Below are positions 11,501-34,830 of a stretch of DNA of 64,000 bases, one piece after another. A program made the translations under genes and the position numbers. The notes under the pieces were generated by a model. It did no database searches. It was not told the DNA's origin and saw only the letters and a list, made by a program, of their open reading frames with translations. The stretch comes from Tubiluchus corallicola (Eukaryota; Animalia; Priapulida), in contig JAQGDQ010002370.1 in the NCBI GenBank assembly GCA_030141605.1, positions 151,167 to 215,166 of the forward strand, written 5' to 3'. Position 1 is the stretch's first letter, and each line of letters begins with the position of its first letter.

Positions 11501-14500
11501 CAGTTCGGTGCAAGAATTTATGGATAAATTAAGTGATGTAATGTAACGATAGCCAGAATTAGCCTCCCTCCCCAGAGACTTGCTCCCAAATTGTATAATC
11601 GAAGAATGGAGACTGACAGTAAATAAATTTTTTGCATTGGCCATTATCTGCATTTTTGGACAAAGAACATTTTTGGAGAGCTTTTCCCCGCTCCATCGCT
11701 CAAGTTGAACAACTACATTATCAGCATAACATTATAATAGTCATCCTTAAACATACTGCCGTCTTTCAGCATGCTGTTATAAGGTAGATTAATGCAATAT
11801 ATGCTGGAGTAACTCTGTCAAACTTTCAACTCGATTGTTAGTGCAGAGATTTTTCGGATTGCAAAGGGTATTCAAGCAATCGTCTGGGTTGTAGTTTTAA
11901 AATGTTAAGGAATTGTACAGGAAACGGGCCACAATAATCTCAACTGGGGTCATATCGGAAATTCAGCCAAATAACACTTGCATTCCAAACTATAGAACTA
12001 GGAAAACACAAATACGGTTATATTTATCATGACATACAAAGAGCCCGAAAGAAGGTTTGTTTAAAACATCAAGGTGATAGAATAAAGCCCGTCACTGTTA
12101 TTGCTGACTGGCACTGCAGTTAAATATATTATAGGGAAAGTATTGTTAGAATCAAAATTACACTTTCATGAGCTAGGTATTCCGTTGAGTCTTGAAAACT
12201 AAAGTGGTGATCAATTTGTTAGACAAACCTTCAAAAATCCCAAATGACACCTGCAATAAACTTGGCGAAACCTGGAGGAGTTAGTTTGTTACACTATAAA
12301 TAACTAAAGGTATGCGTGTGTCTTTATTTATGTTCTGTATAAAGGATCTAAAGTAGGTATGTTTGCGACAAGTAGCTTGTATGTTAGGTTATTACCACTG
12401 CTTACGCAGTTTGAAAAACAGTATTTGTGTCGCTTAAAATAAACTTTCCATTCAATTCGTAAAAACAATATACAGGATTAAAGCCGGATTTAATAAAGCA
12501 CAAGTTAGATAATGAAGAAACCATGAACGCGGATACGGATATTCGTCCATTAGACAGGTTTTTACGTCAAAGGTTAATATAATCAAAGGCATATAGCATA
12601 TTGCATTTATTATAGCTCCGAGGGACAAAAATCGTAGCTACACTATTATGGAAAGACAGTGGTGGGACCGAGGCACACACTTGCATGTATCATTAAGGAA
12701 TTGACATCTAACGTATTGTCAATCATTTTCGTTAATCGTCCAATCAGCGTGCAATTTATTTCACACACCTGCAGAGTTTAAATAACGCAGGTACGTTCGG
12801 GACATTGAGCTAAAGCTGCGTCTAACACTGTTATGAAAAATGCTCAACTTTTCATTAGTCAGTGGGAGAAATATTGGCCTGGTTCTAGATTTTATTATTG
12901 TCAATTGAAATTGCAAATGAATTAGTGAAAATATATAGTTTAGTTTCGTTTATGGGAAGAAACGCACAACGTTTAACGTCTGTGAGTTGCTGACTAAATC
13001 ATTTTACAGTCAAGAAAATACGCAGTTTAGTTTACTTCACGGCTTTGCAAGTTAGATAAAAACAACTACCGTAAAACGGGGTGAGTTCGCCACTTTTTAA
13101 GGGTATTTTTTTACGTTTCCTGCCATAGCAAGAGAATTACCAAACCGATTTTCTTAGTTCAAGCTTTATATTGCCCTTCGAATAAAACACTATCGTGGGG
13201 TGAATTCGCCACTAACAATTTAACACTGTTTAATGCCATTCTAGGCAGCTGAAATTAACTGGTTGTGATTGGCTGGTTGGGGGTGAGTTCGCCACCCTAT
13301 GAAAAAATTATAAAAAATGTCTAGTTTTAGTTTTCAAATAGAAACTTCTACATTGGCAAGGAAGGCTTGAACGTCTTCTGCACTGATCTTCACGCGGGCG
13401 CCCTTGATGTTGCCAGCCACTCTGAAAACCAGATTGTTCCTTCGGGCGAATGATTTGACAATGTCTATTCCAGGGGTGTTTGCCTTGAATCGTCGTTCCT
13501 GGATTCCCTTCGCGTCAAGAACACTCTTAATCACTAGTCGGAGATCGATGGCAGCCATTGGGAACCCCCACTCAGCGGCCACTGGGAGTGTTGGCGATTT
13601 CGTGCTCCTCGGCGGCGGAGAACACTGGCTGACCTCCGGTCTTCCGGGGATGACTTCCTGAGAGTTTGTCAGAAAGGGTCTTTCTTGGAACTCCGAATTG
13701 CCTCGCCGCTGGGCTGATTGTCCTGTTGGTATTCTTGACGGCATGTAGGGCAGCTTCCAGAGCTTCTGGGGTATAATTTTGGTATCTATGACCCGGTACA
13801 GGGGTGCAGGTGCGTGGCATGTTAAGTAGCAAGAAATAGTAGACAAATAATATGTAGCGCAGAATGGAATACTTCTAGTGCGAATTGAAAGAAGATAACT
13901 GTCGTAAACTGCTTATAATGACGGTGATCATGATATCTGTTCATTAAACACTGAACAATAGTTACAGCAAACCTACAATGGCCAATACGTAAGGGGTGGC
14001 GAACTCACCCTCGGGTGGCGAACTCACCCCGTTTTACGGTATATGATTAACTTTAAATTAGGACAAAACAAAATGTTTTCTTTTCCGCCCAGTTTTTATA
14101 AACCTCAATGAGATCTTCGCAGTCAGAGTTAATTTAAATGTGGTCAAAATCTATATCATAAATCAATATAATATTAGTTAATTTTACACTACTTTTCTGG
14201 TTATAATCATGGTTTGAAGATGCCATTGGGATTATGTAACTCGGGCATTCAATATAAGGGTCGTCTATGGAATGGAACAATCAAATTTGTTCCATTTTCC
14301 TTAGCCTACCAAACGGAAAAATACAAAAACTAAATAAATCTTGCAGACGAGCACATAATCAGTTAATGTAGGAAAAAAAGACATAGTAGGCATGAATGAT
14401 GTTCGTATATTCAAAGGCAAGAGAGACTTAATATTTTTGTTGTTCATTTATTGTAAAGCAAGACTAACTAGCTTAGTTTCTTCATTATACTTATGTCTCT

Positions 14501-17500
14501 TTATTTTGTAGGGCTTTGAAACTTCGTCTCTATATTATGTTTAAACTGATAAGTCATTTTTGGCTACTTGAAGTGTTAATTTCGTGTAAAATTAGCTGCT
14601 GCTCTGCAAATTTGTGTTTATAAAAAAGTACAATGAGTTTATCTGCTGATTAGACATTAGTTGTGACCGTTATGCTGTTTAGTTTAGTTTAGTTTAGTTT
14701 AGTTTAGTTTAGTTTAGTTTAGTTTAGTTGAGACAGTTGTTGTCCAGCGTGAGCTGTTGTGCCGAATGCCGCTGAGCGTGCTTACGTTACAGCGGAGGCG
14801 GAGCGCTAGACCAATATGTTTGACGTCAAATTAATGGCAGCATCGTGTATCCAAGTAGAGTTTTGCTATACTTTCACTAAAACACAAGCCATATTACATT
14901 ACTGCGAGATTTTAATGACACTTGTACTTTTCTCTGACAAGTGCAGCAATTGCTGTGAAGGCATAACTGTCTCCTTTGGCCCTCCAATTCCTCCCATCCC
15001 CTCTCTCTGTGCCCGTCTCCCTGTCTCTTTTTGTCTTCACCTGTCGCTAACTATCTCTCTCTTATCTCGACCTCTCTCTCTCTCTGTCTCAGTGCTTTTT
15101 CCTCCCTCTAACTGTCTGCTTTCTGTCTGTCTGTATATCTCTTTCTTTCTGTTTTCTGCCTGTCATTTCATTCTCTGTTAGCTTCTGCTAGCTGAATTCT
15201 TCTATAATGGCGCATATTATTTAAAAAACTGTTTTCACATCAGTTAACATTTTTTGATTTTTAACGAATTTTCAAGTTACTAACAGTTTATCGTCAATTA
15301 GGCAGGTATGTAACGCATCTTGTCTGTTTAGACGTCGAATTTTCTCTAAATCTGTTTACCTACAACACAGATGACAGAGAAACCGTTCTTGCACAGATCA
15401 CTGCACAGGTAACAATGACCGGATTGGACAAATGGTACTTCAAATGTAGATAAGCAACAGGTGTCCCCAGGCAGTCAATCCCAGGCAGGTAATACCTTAA
15501 TTGGCGAGAATGCTCCTCGTTTTAGAAAAGAAATTGCTGTTTTTAAAGTGTTTCACTTCACGTCAAATGCATTAAAGCTTGTCAAATGTAGCGGTAGGTA
15601 CACCTGCAGGTGTTTATGAGAGAGACTAGTTGGATAAAAACATCAGGGGTTTCCAGAGTATCATCCTCAAATTACCAGGGATGCTGGGAAACCGTCACGC
15701 GTAACCAGATTAACCGTAATGGAAAACGCAAGCATCGATATTCAAAACGCCCACGTGAATAAACTAACAAATTAAATATTTGACAAGGACTAGGAGGTAG
15801 CCACGGCAGCTGTTACATTTTGGCGGAACTGAGATGTCTGTTTGCTGATGATGCGCAATCGCCAGGAGTGAATGATCAGCCAGGTACTAATTTTGTAACT
15901 TCCATAACAGTCGCAATTTCGCTGTAGCAAATTTACCCGGTCAAGCTTCGTCTTATCTGTAAACATTATTAATGCAGCGCAGACTTTACGCGCTGATATT
16001 TTTGTATCTCGAAAAACAAGTTGCAGTTAAGCTTGCAGTTACCTTCTAGAGCAAATACCTTCCATTTATTGAATTACTGATTAATTACAATGCAGTATTT
16101 GCTGGTTTGTCTTACAGGCTGTGTATCTGTACTGTAATTCTTAAACTTGCCGTAATTTAATACACAACTGCCACGACTTTACGACATAAACGTCTTCTGA
16201 ACTAAATAGTAACTATAAGGACAGGTGAAAAGTCGAGTGATTACAGCACTTGCTTGGTAAGTGCAGTTAAGCAACGCACGTGCTGGTTAGAAAATAGGCT
16301 GGTAACCTGGTTCCTCTGAATTCGCTAAAGTTGAGTCGGTATCATTTGCCTTGCTAATTATGACGTTGGTCTCGTTGAGGTGGATGTTTTCCCGTCCTAT
16401 CGTTGCTAAGACACTTCTGCGTTCAATGTCTTATCTTAGAGGCATAATGTAGATAATGAACGAGGTTCCGGTCTCGCTACGTCCATCCTCGCTTAGTAGG
16501 TCCAGTGATGAATACTCGCTTTTTGTGGGATGTTAGTGTGCCGAATTGAGCAAAGGAGGTACTCTACTTTAAATATCTTTTTTAATTTAAGTCATATATT
16601 TTGTTATATAAATTTTTTATTCTTTAAATAATTTATTCAATTTCGACGGCTGTTGGTTTGCCTGTTTTAACAAAAAATCGTTTTATTCCCCGTCTATGTA
16701 GCTCCACGCCATGGCACATTACTATATAATGCATGCAAACATATGTAAATAGTATAAAAGTGCAAATAAAAAAGATATTAATTGTTGTAGAATATGTAAA
16801 TACACTACGCATGGATGCTGCATACTGCACATACGGCTTCAGGCTTTCGCTGCAAACTTGGTAGGCTTCGCGAGGTGGTGTTGCATCACCTCGTTGTAAT
16901 GCGGCAGCTCGCACGGAGCGCCAGTTCTTGGAAAAGTACGTGAATAAGAGTCAAACAAGCCCTATGCACTTCTAAAACAAACATCTTAAACATATCCAAA
17001 CAGCATACGAATGATAAACTTCCCGAAACTCTAACTGGCCGCTTAGTAAGAAATAACAACATTTAATCTATACACGATAGTCGATAGTAGTCAGTTTGAA
17101 ACTATGTAATATCAGTTTGCTATAGACGCTGCTTGAAGAAGTAAAAATCTATGAGTAAGCGAAGTTGTAAACTTTATTTGCAGCTGAATCACTCACTCTA
17201 AAGTAGTTTATGGCCAGCCATAGTCATTTAAAAAGCTTTAGTAAAATTAAGAATTAAATTACGTATAAATTAATGTAGAACAAGAAAGTCCCAAGGTTTT
17301 ATGCACTGTGTATAATTTTTTTAGCTGTTTGCCACAAGTAATTAATAATATCAGTAAATGCTTACAAATAAATGTAAAAGCTTGTCGACACATATCAGCA
17401 GTGAGCTAAGATTTTGCTTTATCTCGAATAGACTCACGTTAGGCGACCTATGGACTTGATTTTCAGTTGACCTTAACTCGTGACCTTAATTTCCAAACTG

Positions 17501-19340
17501 GTGGTTTGTCCACCAAACACGGATCCCCATAACCGCACCGAATTTTGAATAGATCAGCACATGGCAGCGTCAAGCCGTTTATCAGTTTGTTGTAACGGAT
17601 TTCAAAAGGCTTCTGAGATTGCAAGTAACAGAAGATTCTGTTTCTTGAAATTTGATGAGCCAGTTGCTCGCGAAGAAGAAACATCGAATACAAAATAACA
17701 TCAATTGCAAATTTATGATTCAATGTATCGCTTGAGTTAATGCGTTAGTGACTGATGTGAGTTGTATGTGTCATGACTGCATTACTCATTCATCCATATG
17801 ATGCTACTCAAGGCAAGGAAACAATCATGCTGGTTTTATTGTTTACTATGGCAAGCACTTTCATATTTACAAACAGACAAACAAAAGCAAAAAATATACA
17901 TAAAACGAAAAAAAAACACAAATATTGTATAATTATATCGAGAAATAAAATGGTGTGAAAGAAAAAATGAGAAGTATTTTTCACTTTTCGGTTCCCAAAT
18001 TTGACTGCCCTTATCAACGTCATTGTTACTGGCTATTACTGTAATTAATAATGAGATATTGCCCTTACCTTGCCATGTTCTAAATCGAAATTTGCCCAAC
18101 CTCTGTAAGGTTCAAGTTCGCGGTTTCCTGTCCAACCGGGAGGCGCAAACCAAAGTTCCAGGTTTGTTCCAGACGTGACAAAAGCCTGTGAAAAGTAGGA
18201 AGAAAATTAGTTTTCCAAACTGCGATAAATATATTAAATGCAATGCTAACTGGTTTTAAAAAGTAGGAGATTTTAATAAAGTAGCGAAAGTCTAAAACAC
18301 GACAACTTACTATTTCTGCATGTCCTTCTCTACAACCTGTTTCAAATCTGACTATCCTTTCTTCGTGAGGTCTATCTCTAAATGCAGTGTATCTCACCTG
18401 TAACAAAGTAAACCATTAATTTAGCATAGCTTTTTAAGTAACGATAGTGAGAAGTTCGATTAATAGAAGCGTGCCAGGCAGTGCGCTGTTCGCTGAAACC
18501 TACATTTCATATAAAATTTTGTCCGATCCGTTCTAGAGAACATAACTGTATAACATAAGCAAAAATAGTGTAGTCCTAACGAGTTATGTTCCCTTTCTGT
18601 GAGTTTAGAGACCTAATTATTGTTAATGATGTATTATTACATAACGATTGTACGAAGAAGCAGAAATAAGAAAATTACACTAAATCCCTCCATACCACCA
18701 AATGACATCATACACTAAAAAGGCTATGACAAATTCACAATACACTAAAAGTGATTATGACGATGTGACGAAAAACTGCGTTGATTAACATAAAACTCGC
18801 ACATGAATGTGCTAATCGTTGAACATTTAGCATCATCACTAATATGTTTCAGAGTAGCACGTGCTTGAATGCTCAAAGTAAGGCAAGAATGACACACTTC
18901 GTAATTTTACCACATTGGTGCAATGTGATATATTGTAAGTACTATCACATTACATATCACCATAATGAACAGTGGACACTGCGTAGCATATACGGGGTCG
19001 AGTCTGGCTAAACTCATCTTAGTCAGTGAACCAATAGCACAATATTACATTCTTCACAGCTAAACAAGTTGAAACAGGCAAAACGTCAATGCGTGGCATT
19101 AGTAATGACTAAGCAACTATTGACACAAGTAGGTAGCCCGCATATAGTAAATGTACATAGATGTCATTTTGAAATAATTAAACACGCGCTGTTGAAGTTA
19201 CTAAAATGTGATATTTACACATAGTCCTGAACTAATGACACGAATGAAAGAAAAAGCATCACCTCACTTTCTCTGCTAAGTCGCTTAAAAGGTTCTTCTT
19301 GTTCAAATTTTGTCCTCTGATCAGGCACAACACGAGGCAT
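8554..19340 (-). CDS. CBFB: Core-binding factor subunit beta (CBF-beta / Brother-like), 187 aa; complement(join(8554..8619,9399..9497,10766..10882,18069..18185,18311..18397,19263..19340))
   Basis: Exons translate to MPRVVPDQRTKFEQEEPFKRLSRESE / VRYTAFRDRPHEERIVRFETGCREGHAEI / AFVTSGTNLELWFAPPGWTGNRELEPYRGWANFDLEHGK / VHILSHFILDGVCVRWRGWIDSQRLDGIGWLELDEERAR / NEDVILQEQVEQYNRRLREFEERHRTYKEEQKL / LTVPESDIRKMELEGSESDSN*. All introns are GT-AG, phase 0. The last exon is the least certain. Confidence 0.95.
13069..14039 (-). mobile_element. Internally deleted pogo/Tigger-type (Tc1-mariner superfamily) DNA transposon in CBFB intron 3
   Basis: Perfect 25-bp TIRs CCGTAAAACGGGGTGAGTTCGCCAC (13069-13093, 14015-14039) flanked by TA. 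Extra copies of the GGGGTGARTTCGCCAC core occur at ~13197, ~13280 and ~13993. A transposase remnant lies inside. Confidence 0.93.
13334..13820 (-). pseudogene. Frameshifted, truncated pogo-like transposase (HTH-psq plus CENP-B-type HTH; no DDE domain)
   Basis: MPRT...YTPEALEAALHAVK...TISPAARQFGVPRKTLSDKL (HTH-psq), then a frame change near 13585 into AEWGFPMAAIDLRLVIKSVLD...PGIDIVKSFARRN, then stop. Confidence 0.85.
14677..14729. repeat. (GTTTA)n microsatellite, about 10.5 units
   Basis: Read directly. It could be the (TAAAC)n tail of a minus-strand retroposon. Confidence 0.9.
14990..15180. repeat. CT-rich low-complexity tract
   Basis: Degenerate (CT)n/(CTGT)n runs. Confidence 0.7.
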
Positions 19341-22300
19341 GACGGCTGTTGGAGCACCCGTCGAAGTTGACTGCATGGAGTTCACCATTGGAATGGTAAT
19401 GTACGATTACTATCACAGGTGCATGTACTCATCACAAGTCTACAACTTTTCATTCATCATCAGCGGCATGATCATGTGACTAGTTTCTGATTGGTGAACG
19501 CGTCTTGCTCAATCGATCGCTAACCACGACAACTTCCGTATATGGCACTCGGCAGCCGTAGGCGGGCTAACGGAAGCGTGACGACATATTCGTAAATGTT
19601 CGGAATCTCCATATATGGGACATGATTGACAGATTTTACTACGCAGCCTACGATAGTAGTATTGTTTCTGAGCAAAAGCATAAACTGGGACTTGCTGGCA
19701 AATGTGTAGGCAATGACCGTGAAGTAACATTATTATACCTTCACAATTACACATCCCTGGGCGCTGTGTCGTAATTAAACCACGAGATGAGTAATACGTG
19801 AAATGTCACTGTAAACAACATTTTGAAATATTAGAATGCCTATGAATTCGTAATCGGCCCACAGCCTATCATGTTCGTAGTTTTAAATTTGTTAGGTGTA
19901 TCTAACAAAATAGTGCATAGTACTAATAAGGTATACAAATTTGATGTTCGTGAGGATAGCTGAGGTTAACCAGTATGCGGATAAACAGCAACATTATTAT
20001 TACGTATACTAGATACTTTTTAATATGCAAAAACATTTAATATGGTAAGAAATATAGGTGCAATTCATACCGAACCACGTGAAACAAGACATACGCAAAT
20101 GTTGACTCATAACCTTGTTTGTAATTACCATTAAAACAGCCGGAAGCTTTAATACCTTCACTTGCGGTTTGCCATTGTGTGAATGAGTAATAGAGCTTAG
20201 GAATAGCTGTGGGTGTTGCTTGTGAAAGTTTCTGATTAACTAAAATTGTTGGATGGACACGCTCGCATCAAACTGAGATTCACTGACGGGTTTTCAGCGC
20301 TCGTCATCGTAAACCGCACAAAATTCTGGAGTAATTACGAACGTGAAAATTTATTGCGTTTTCTGTTAAATAAGTTATATACTTAGACGGTCAACATGTT
20401 CAAGGAAATAGTAACTTCAAAAACTTCTTTATTATTGAAATAGTATATGTAACTCAGCAAATTTTCTGATATTTATATTAGTAAACTTTTTAATATAGGT
20501 TCTTAATGAGGATTTATGTAGGTACAAAATACTTTTTGTAGCTGATTATTTGAGCAATAAGGATTGGTCTATGCCGGGTGGGCGAGTTTTTATGTGAGTG
20601 ACTAGTGGGTGGCTAAGATCGGTGGTTGACCTGATACGTCACCTTAATTAACCTGAGTGTAAACGTTAGCTAAAGGTATCGTTGCAGTGCTAGATAAAAA
20701 GGAATAAGCCTATAAATATATTTCGTGTAAAACGGTGTAGTAATATACTTTTAATATTTACTGGATTAGCACAACACACGTATTGTAGTCATTATAAATA
20801 CAATTAATACGTTAATATATTACTTGTAATTGTAGAGTACATACATCACTAATAATGAGGTAGTAACAAGACGGAGACTCATATTCTGGTGCACGTAAAC
20901 CCCCTGTACTAAATCAAATGTACATTGAAGTTAATAACAAATGTACAGAATATTTTTATTTTTATGTTGAAACATTGCTAAACGACATTAAAAAACTTCC
21001 TATTTATTTGAACTTAGTAGTTGCTGAATTTATTTTATTCACGTTGATTTTAAAATAAAGTTTTTTTATTGTTATTAAACATTTGAGCCTTATTATACGA
21101 TAGAAAAGTTGGCTCCAACGCAGCCACTTTTTACAAAATGCGTCGCCGTGCATCGCTTAGCAGTGTTTAGCAGTCAGATGTCAATAAATGTTATTTACTT
21201 AGTTATTAGTTAGTTAGCATTAATCAGTTAGTAGTTCATTGACAAAACATAAGTGCAGTCCATAAATTTTAACTTTAAAAAGCAGAACGATTTCAGTATG
21301 ACTACGAAATTTGAAAGCATAAGGTAGCAATTTTACACGATGAATCGCCTGCTTATTAGATATTTTATCATGGTCCTTTAATAATTTGGCCAAATTTGCC
21401 ATCTATAGCTAAGTCAGAAGAAAATGTGTCTCGTAACAACGCAAATCCGATTTTGAGTCCCATTCGCATTTGTCTAGACTTCTGTAATATGTTTCACAAA
21501 AAGCAGTTATTTCTGCATAACTTTTTTAAACAATCAGTTGCCCTATAAACAACGTTTATATATTTGCACCTTTTTATTCATTCAGTTTCAGATATCAAAG
21601 CAAACTGTCCGCTAGTTGCAATATCTAAGAAAAAGTTATGTTTTTATGGAACTCTACATCAGCAGTAATAATTTTACAGTATGTTACATAGTATATTACC
21701 TTTTTATCAGTTGAACTTTGTATCACACGGTTACCGAGTATCTTGCGTTTAATATATACGATGACATGACGCATATATATATATATAGGACCAAAAGAAA
21801 ACTGTGAACTAGCAATTTGTCTTGTACTTATAATGCTTGCAGTCTAAACAAATAATATTCACGGGTATAATCACAGCTTGACTTTTATTTTAATTCATTG
21901 ATTAGCCTGGGTTAAAAAAACGTGCGTCTAAGAAAATAAAATTTGTAATTTTAATATAGATTCGATGAAACATATCATCAGTTACAGTGATTAAGTTTTG
22001 TAGCATTGGCTTGTGACTCATCAGAGTGTTTTCGGCAAAGTCCGGTTCTGGACGGGTTTACTTTTACCAGCTAATTTTTGCTAGTAAAAGTAAGCCCATC
22101 TGCACGTTTTCTCAATTTTATCAGTTCTGGATTTTCTTGATTGGGTGTTTTTACTGGTAGATTATTTTTGAGTTTATATGCGTGATTTAAAAAATTGACT
22201 TGCCTCATATCTTATGTATATCAACTAAACATTACCCTCTGAAGTCACGTACAGAAAAGTCTCAAATTAAACTGATTCGAAATAATCTACCATAGTGATT

Positions 22301-22402
22301 GTCATATGTAGTCTCTTGTATACGAATTGATTATTACAAACTCTGTTTAGTAAGGACTTTGAATTTTGAGACTGAACTTGCAGAAATATTATTATGATTA
22401 TG

Positions 22403-22542
<140 letters not shown>

Positions 22543-23069
22543 ACAGATGTATATCCGTATTTAGATTAGTTAATTTTTCTTTGGTATAGTGATATGTGTG
22601 TATTGTATGCATGATGTAATATGTAACTCTCATTCTCATAAAATTTCGATTCAATTCATTTTTTCCTTTTTGCAAATGATGTCGCCACCGTGCTGTTCAC
22701 CATAATACGTACTGGAACAAGTACAAGCAACACACTGAAGACTGAACAGAGCTTCTAAAACAGCCATTTATAGATAATGATAACAGGCCAACAACACCCA
22801 CATCAAAAACTAAAAAAGCGTTCGTTCAAAGTTTTAGACTAATTTGTAATCACTTTTGGGTATGTATGTAGACACCTAGAGTACGCGTGAAGGCAGAACA
22901 CTGTACTTTTTAGCGTGATAGGTTAACATTTGGGGGATGATGTGGTTAGAGTAAGGCTACATAATTATAAAACTGATGTATGGTTTTAGATATACGTGCA
23001 TAAATAAATTAAAAATACTTTTCATAAGTATTTAGCTTACAAGGATAAACGAGAAATCATGACGACGCG

Positions 23070-23300
23070 GCTGATTGACGTTAACTGCAAATATAAGTAT
23101 CCAATTGAGGCCCGCTGGATGGCGCCAAAGGCTTACGTGTTGGATTGGCGCGCATTCCGCTAACTGTAGTAATCTGGGATTCTCAATTCGCGAAAAAATA
23201 GAAGCCTAGCCAATCAGAAGCTAGGGTGGTGACATCATATTCAAATACCTTAGTGGCGAATGAATATTGGGTGTGTAACTGCGTACAAAACCGGTAGCTT
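23070..23300 (+). promoter_or_regulatory. Putative proximal promoter of beta-tubulin 1 with clustered CCAAT boxes
   Basis: CCAAT/ATTGG at 23101, 23144, 23210 and 23266, plus TGACGT at ~23077, in a locally GC-richer patch 100-300 bp before the ATG. Confidence 0.55.
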
Positions 23301-23375
23301 TCTATTATTCTGTCACTGTACGCTGAACAACCTGCCATATAAGTTTAATCTCAGAAGGTCTAAAGATTTGTCAAA

Positions 23376-28249
<4,874 letters not shown>

Positions 28250-28605
28250 ACATACAACACATGGTTAATGGCATAATTTCTAATAGATTTGAAATATGAA
28301 TTGTGCAAAGTATTGCATAAAATACCATACTGATCAACGATGATGTAATTTTAGTATTGAATATATCTCTTTTCCTTTAGTTAGTTAAAATGACTTGATT
28401 TAATAATGACAGTTTTGTGAACAACTTGTGAATATCGTCAACTATGCTAAATTTAGTAGAATGCTTACTGTTAAAAGTATTACATAAACTTCATATCAGT
28501 CAATGATTTTGCAATTTCAGTATTGAAGTCTCTTCCCTATTTAATATTTTGCATGTTAATTGTTGAACAATGACAGTTTTTCTTAAGTTTGTGGATATTT
28601 TTCAA

Positions 28606-28611
28606 AATAAA
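28606..28611 (+). terminator. Candidate polyadenylation signal of beta-tubulin 1
   Basis: AATAAA about 360 nt after the stop, followed by GT/T-rich sequence. Confidence 0.5.
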
Positions 28612-29394
28612 TGTTGTTATATGCATACAAAGCAAACTTTGGTTTAGTATTTTAGCTCAAATGGTAAATATATACCTCATCAATACGTGATAAGCATCGT
28701 TTTCAATTTCGTTGTCATCTGAATGATCAATAATGAAAGATCCAGGACCCGAGTTTCTGAATTTTTAAATTGAGATAGAAACTTCTTATTTTCTGAGCTT
28801 TGTTCACAGAAGTACCATTATAATGACGTATACAAACAAGCTTTTTCAGTGCAAGGGGCGGTTTTGCTGCTACGGTAAATATGTTGTATTCATGTAATGA
28901 TTACTTGGCGTGTATACTAAATATTCGTCCAGGCATCTTTATTATCATATACGAGTTGCATGTTTTCACGCAAAATTAAATTAAGCAAATGCAATAAATT
29001 ATTATTACTGGGTTATTACACTGAACAAGAATCTAAAGCGTCCTTTCTAGTCTGTATACAGTCGCAAAGATGCATTCACATGAATCACGTTTTAACAGTA
29101 CAGTAAGTAACCTAACCACGCTGCAGGAGTCGATGACACATCCCTCATCTTTTTTTCTAACACGCATGCGTGCTGAAAGCGTCTGGCGTTCTCAGCAAAG
29201 CCATTTGGTCTTCGTCTGGCGTGGTAAATGGTAAATCCATAAGAAAGTAGTCCGGTGCAGTAGTAAAAAGGGTGGGTTTTTGAAACCTGGCTGCATAACA
29301 CATTGGTGAAGCTGGGAGAAGTGGTGCGAACAAGAAAAAGGGCTTGCGTGCTGATCCATAGCATTTGAAGTTTTTTTTTATCAAACAAAACAAA

Positions 29395-34648
<5,254 letters not shown>

Positions 34649-34824
34649 AGTAATCTGCTTTACAATATTGACTGTTATTATTTTAACTAAGCTTTATTGC
34701 TCACCTGCACGAGTGACTGTTAATCAATTACGTTGCATTATATACCCAGGTATTTGTGAATATAAAAGTTTTAATATCAAGAATGAATGATCCTGTTATT
34801 TGTCAAAAATTTAACAATCTGGTT

Positions 34825-34830
34825 AATAAA
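34825..34830 (+). terminator. Candidate polyadenylation signal of beta-tubulin 2
   Basis: AATAAA about 180 nt after the stop, with T-rich sequence downstream. Confidence 0.5.

Noticed and set aside
10950-12300. Possible nested gene in CBFB intron 3 (several 60-77 aa ORFs)
   Set aside because: The translations lack family motifs and I could not chain them by splice sites.
19500-20320. RUNX-type TGYGGT sites upstream of CBFB (possible autoregulation)
   Set aside because: Only two exact hexamers, which is not above chance.
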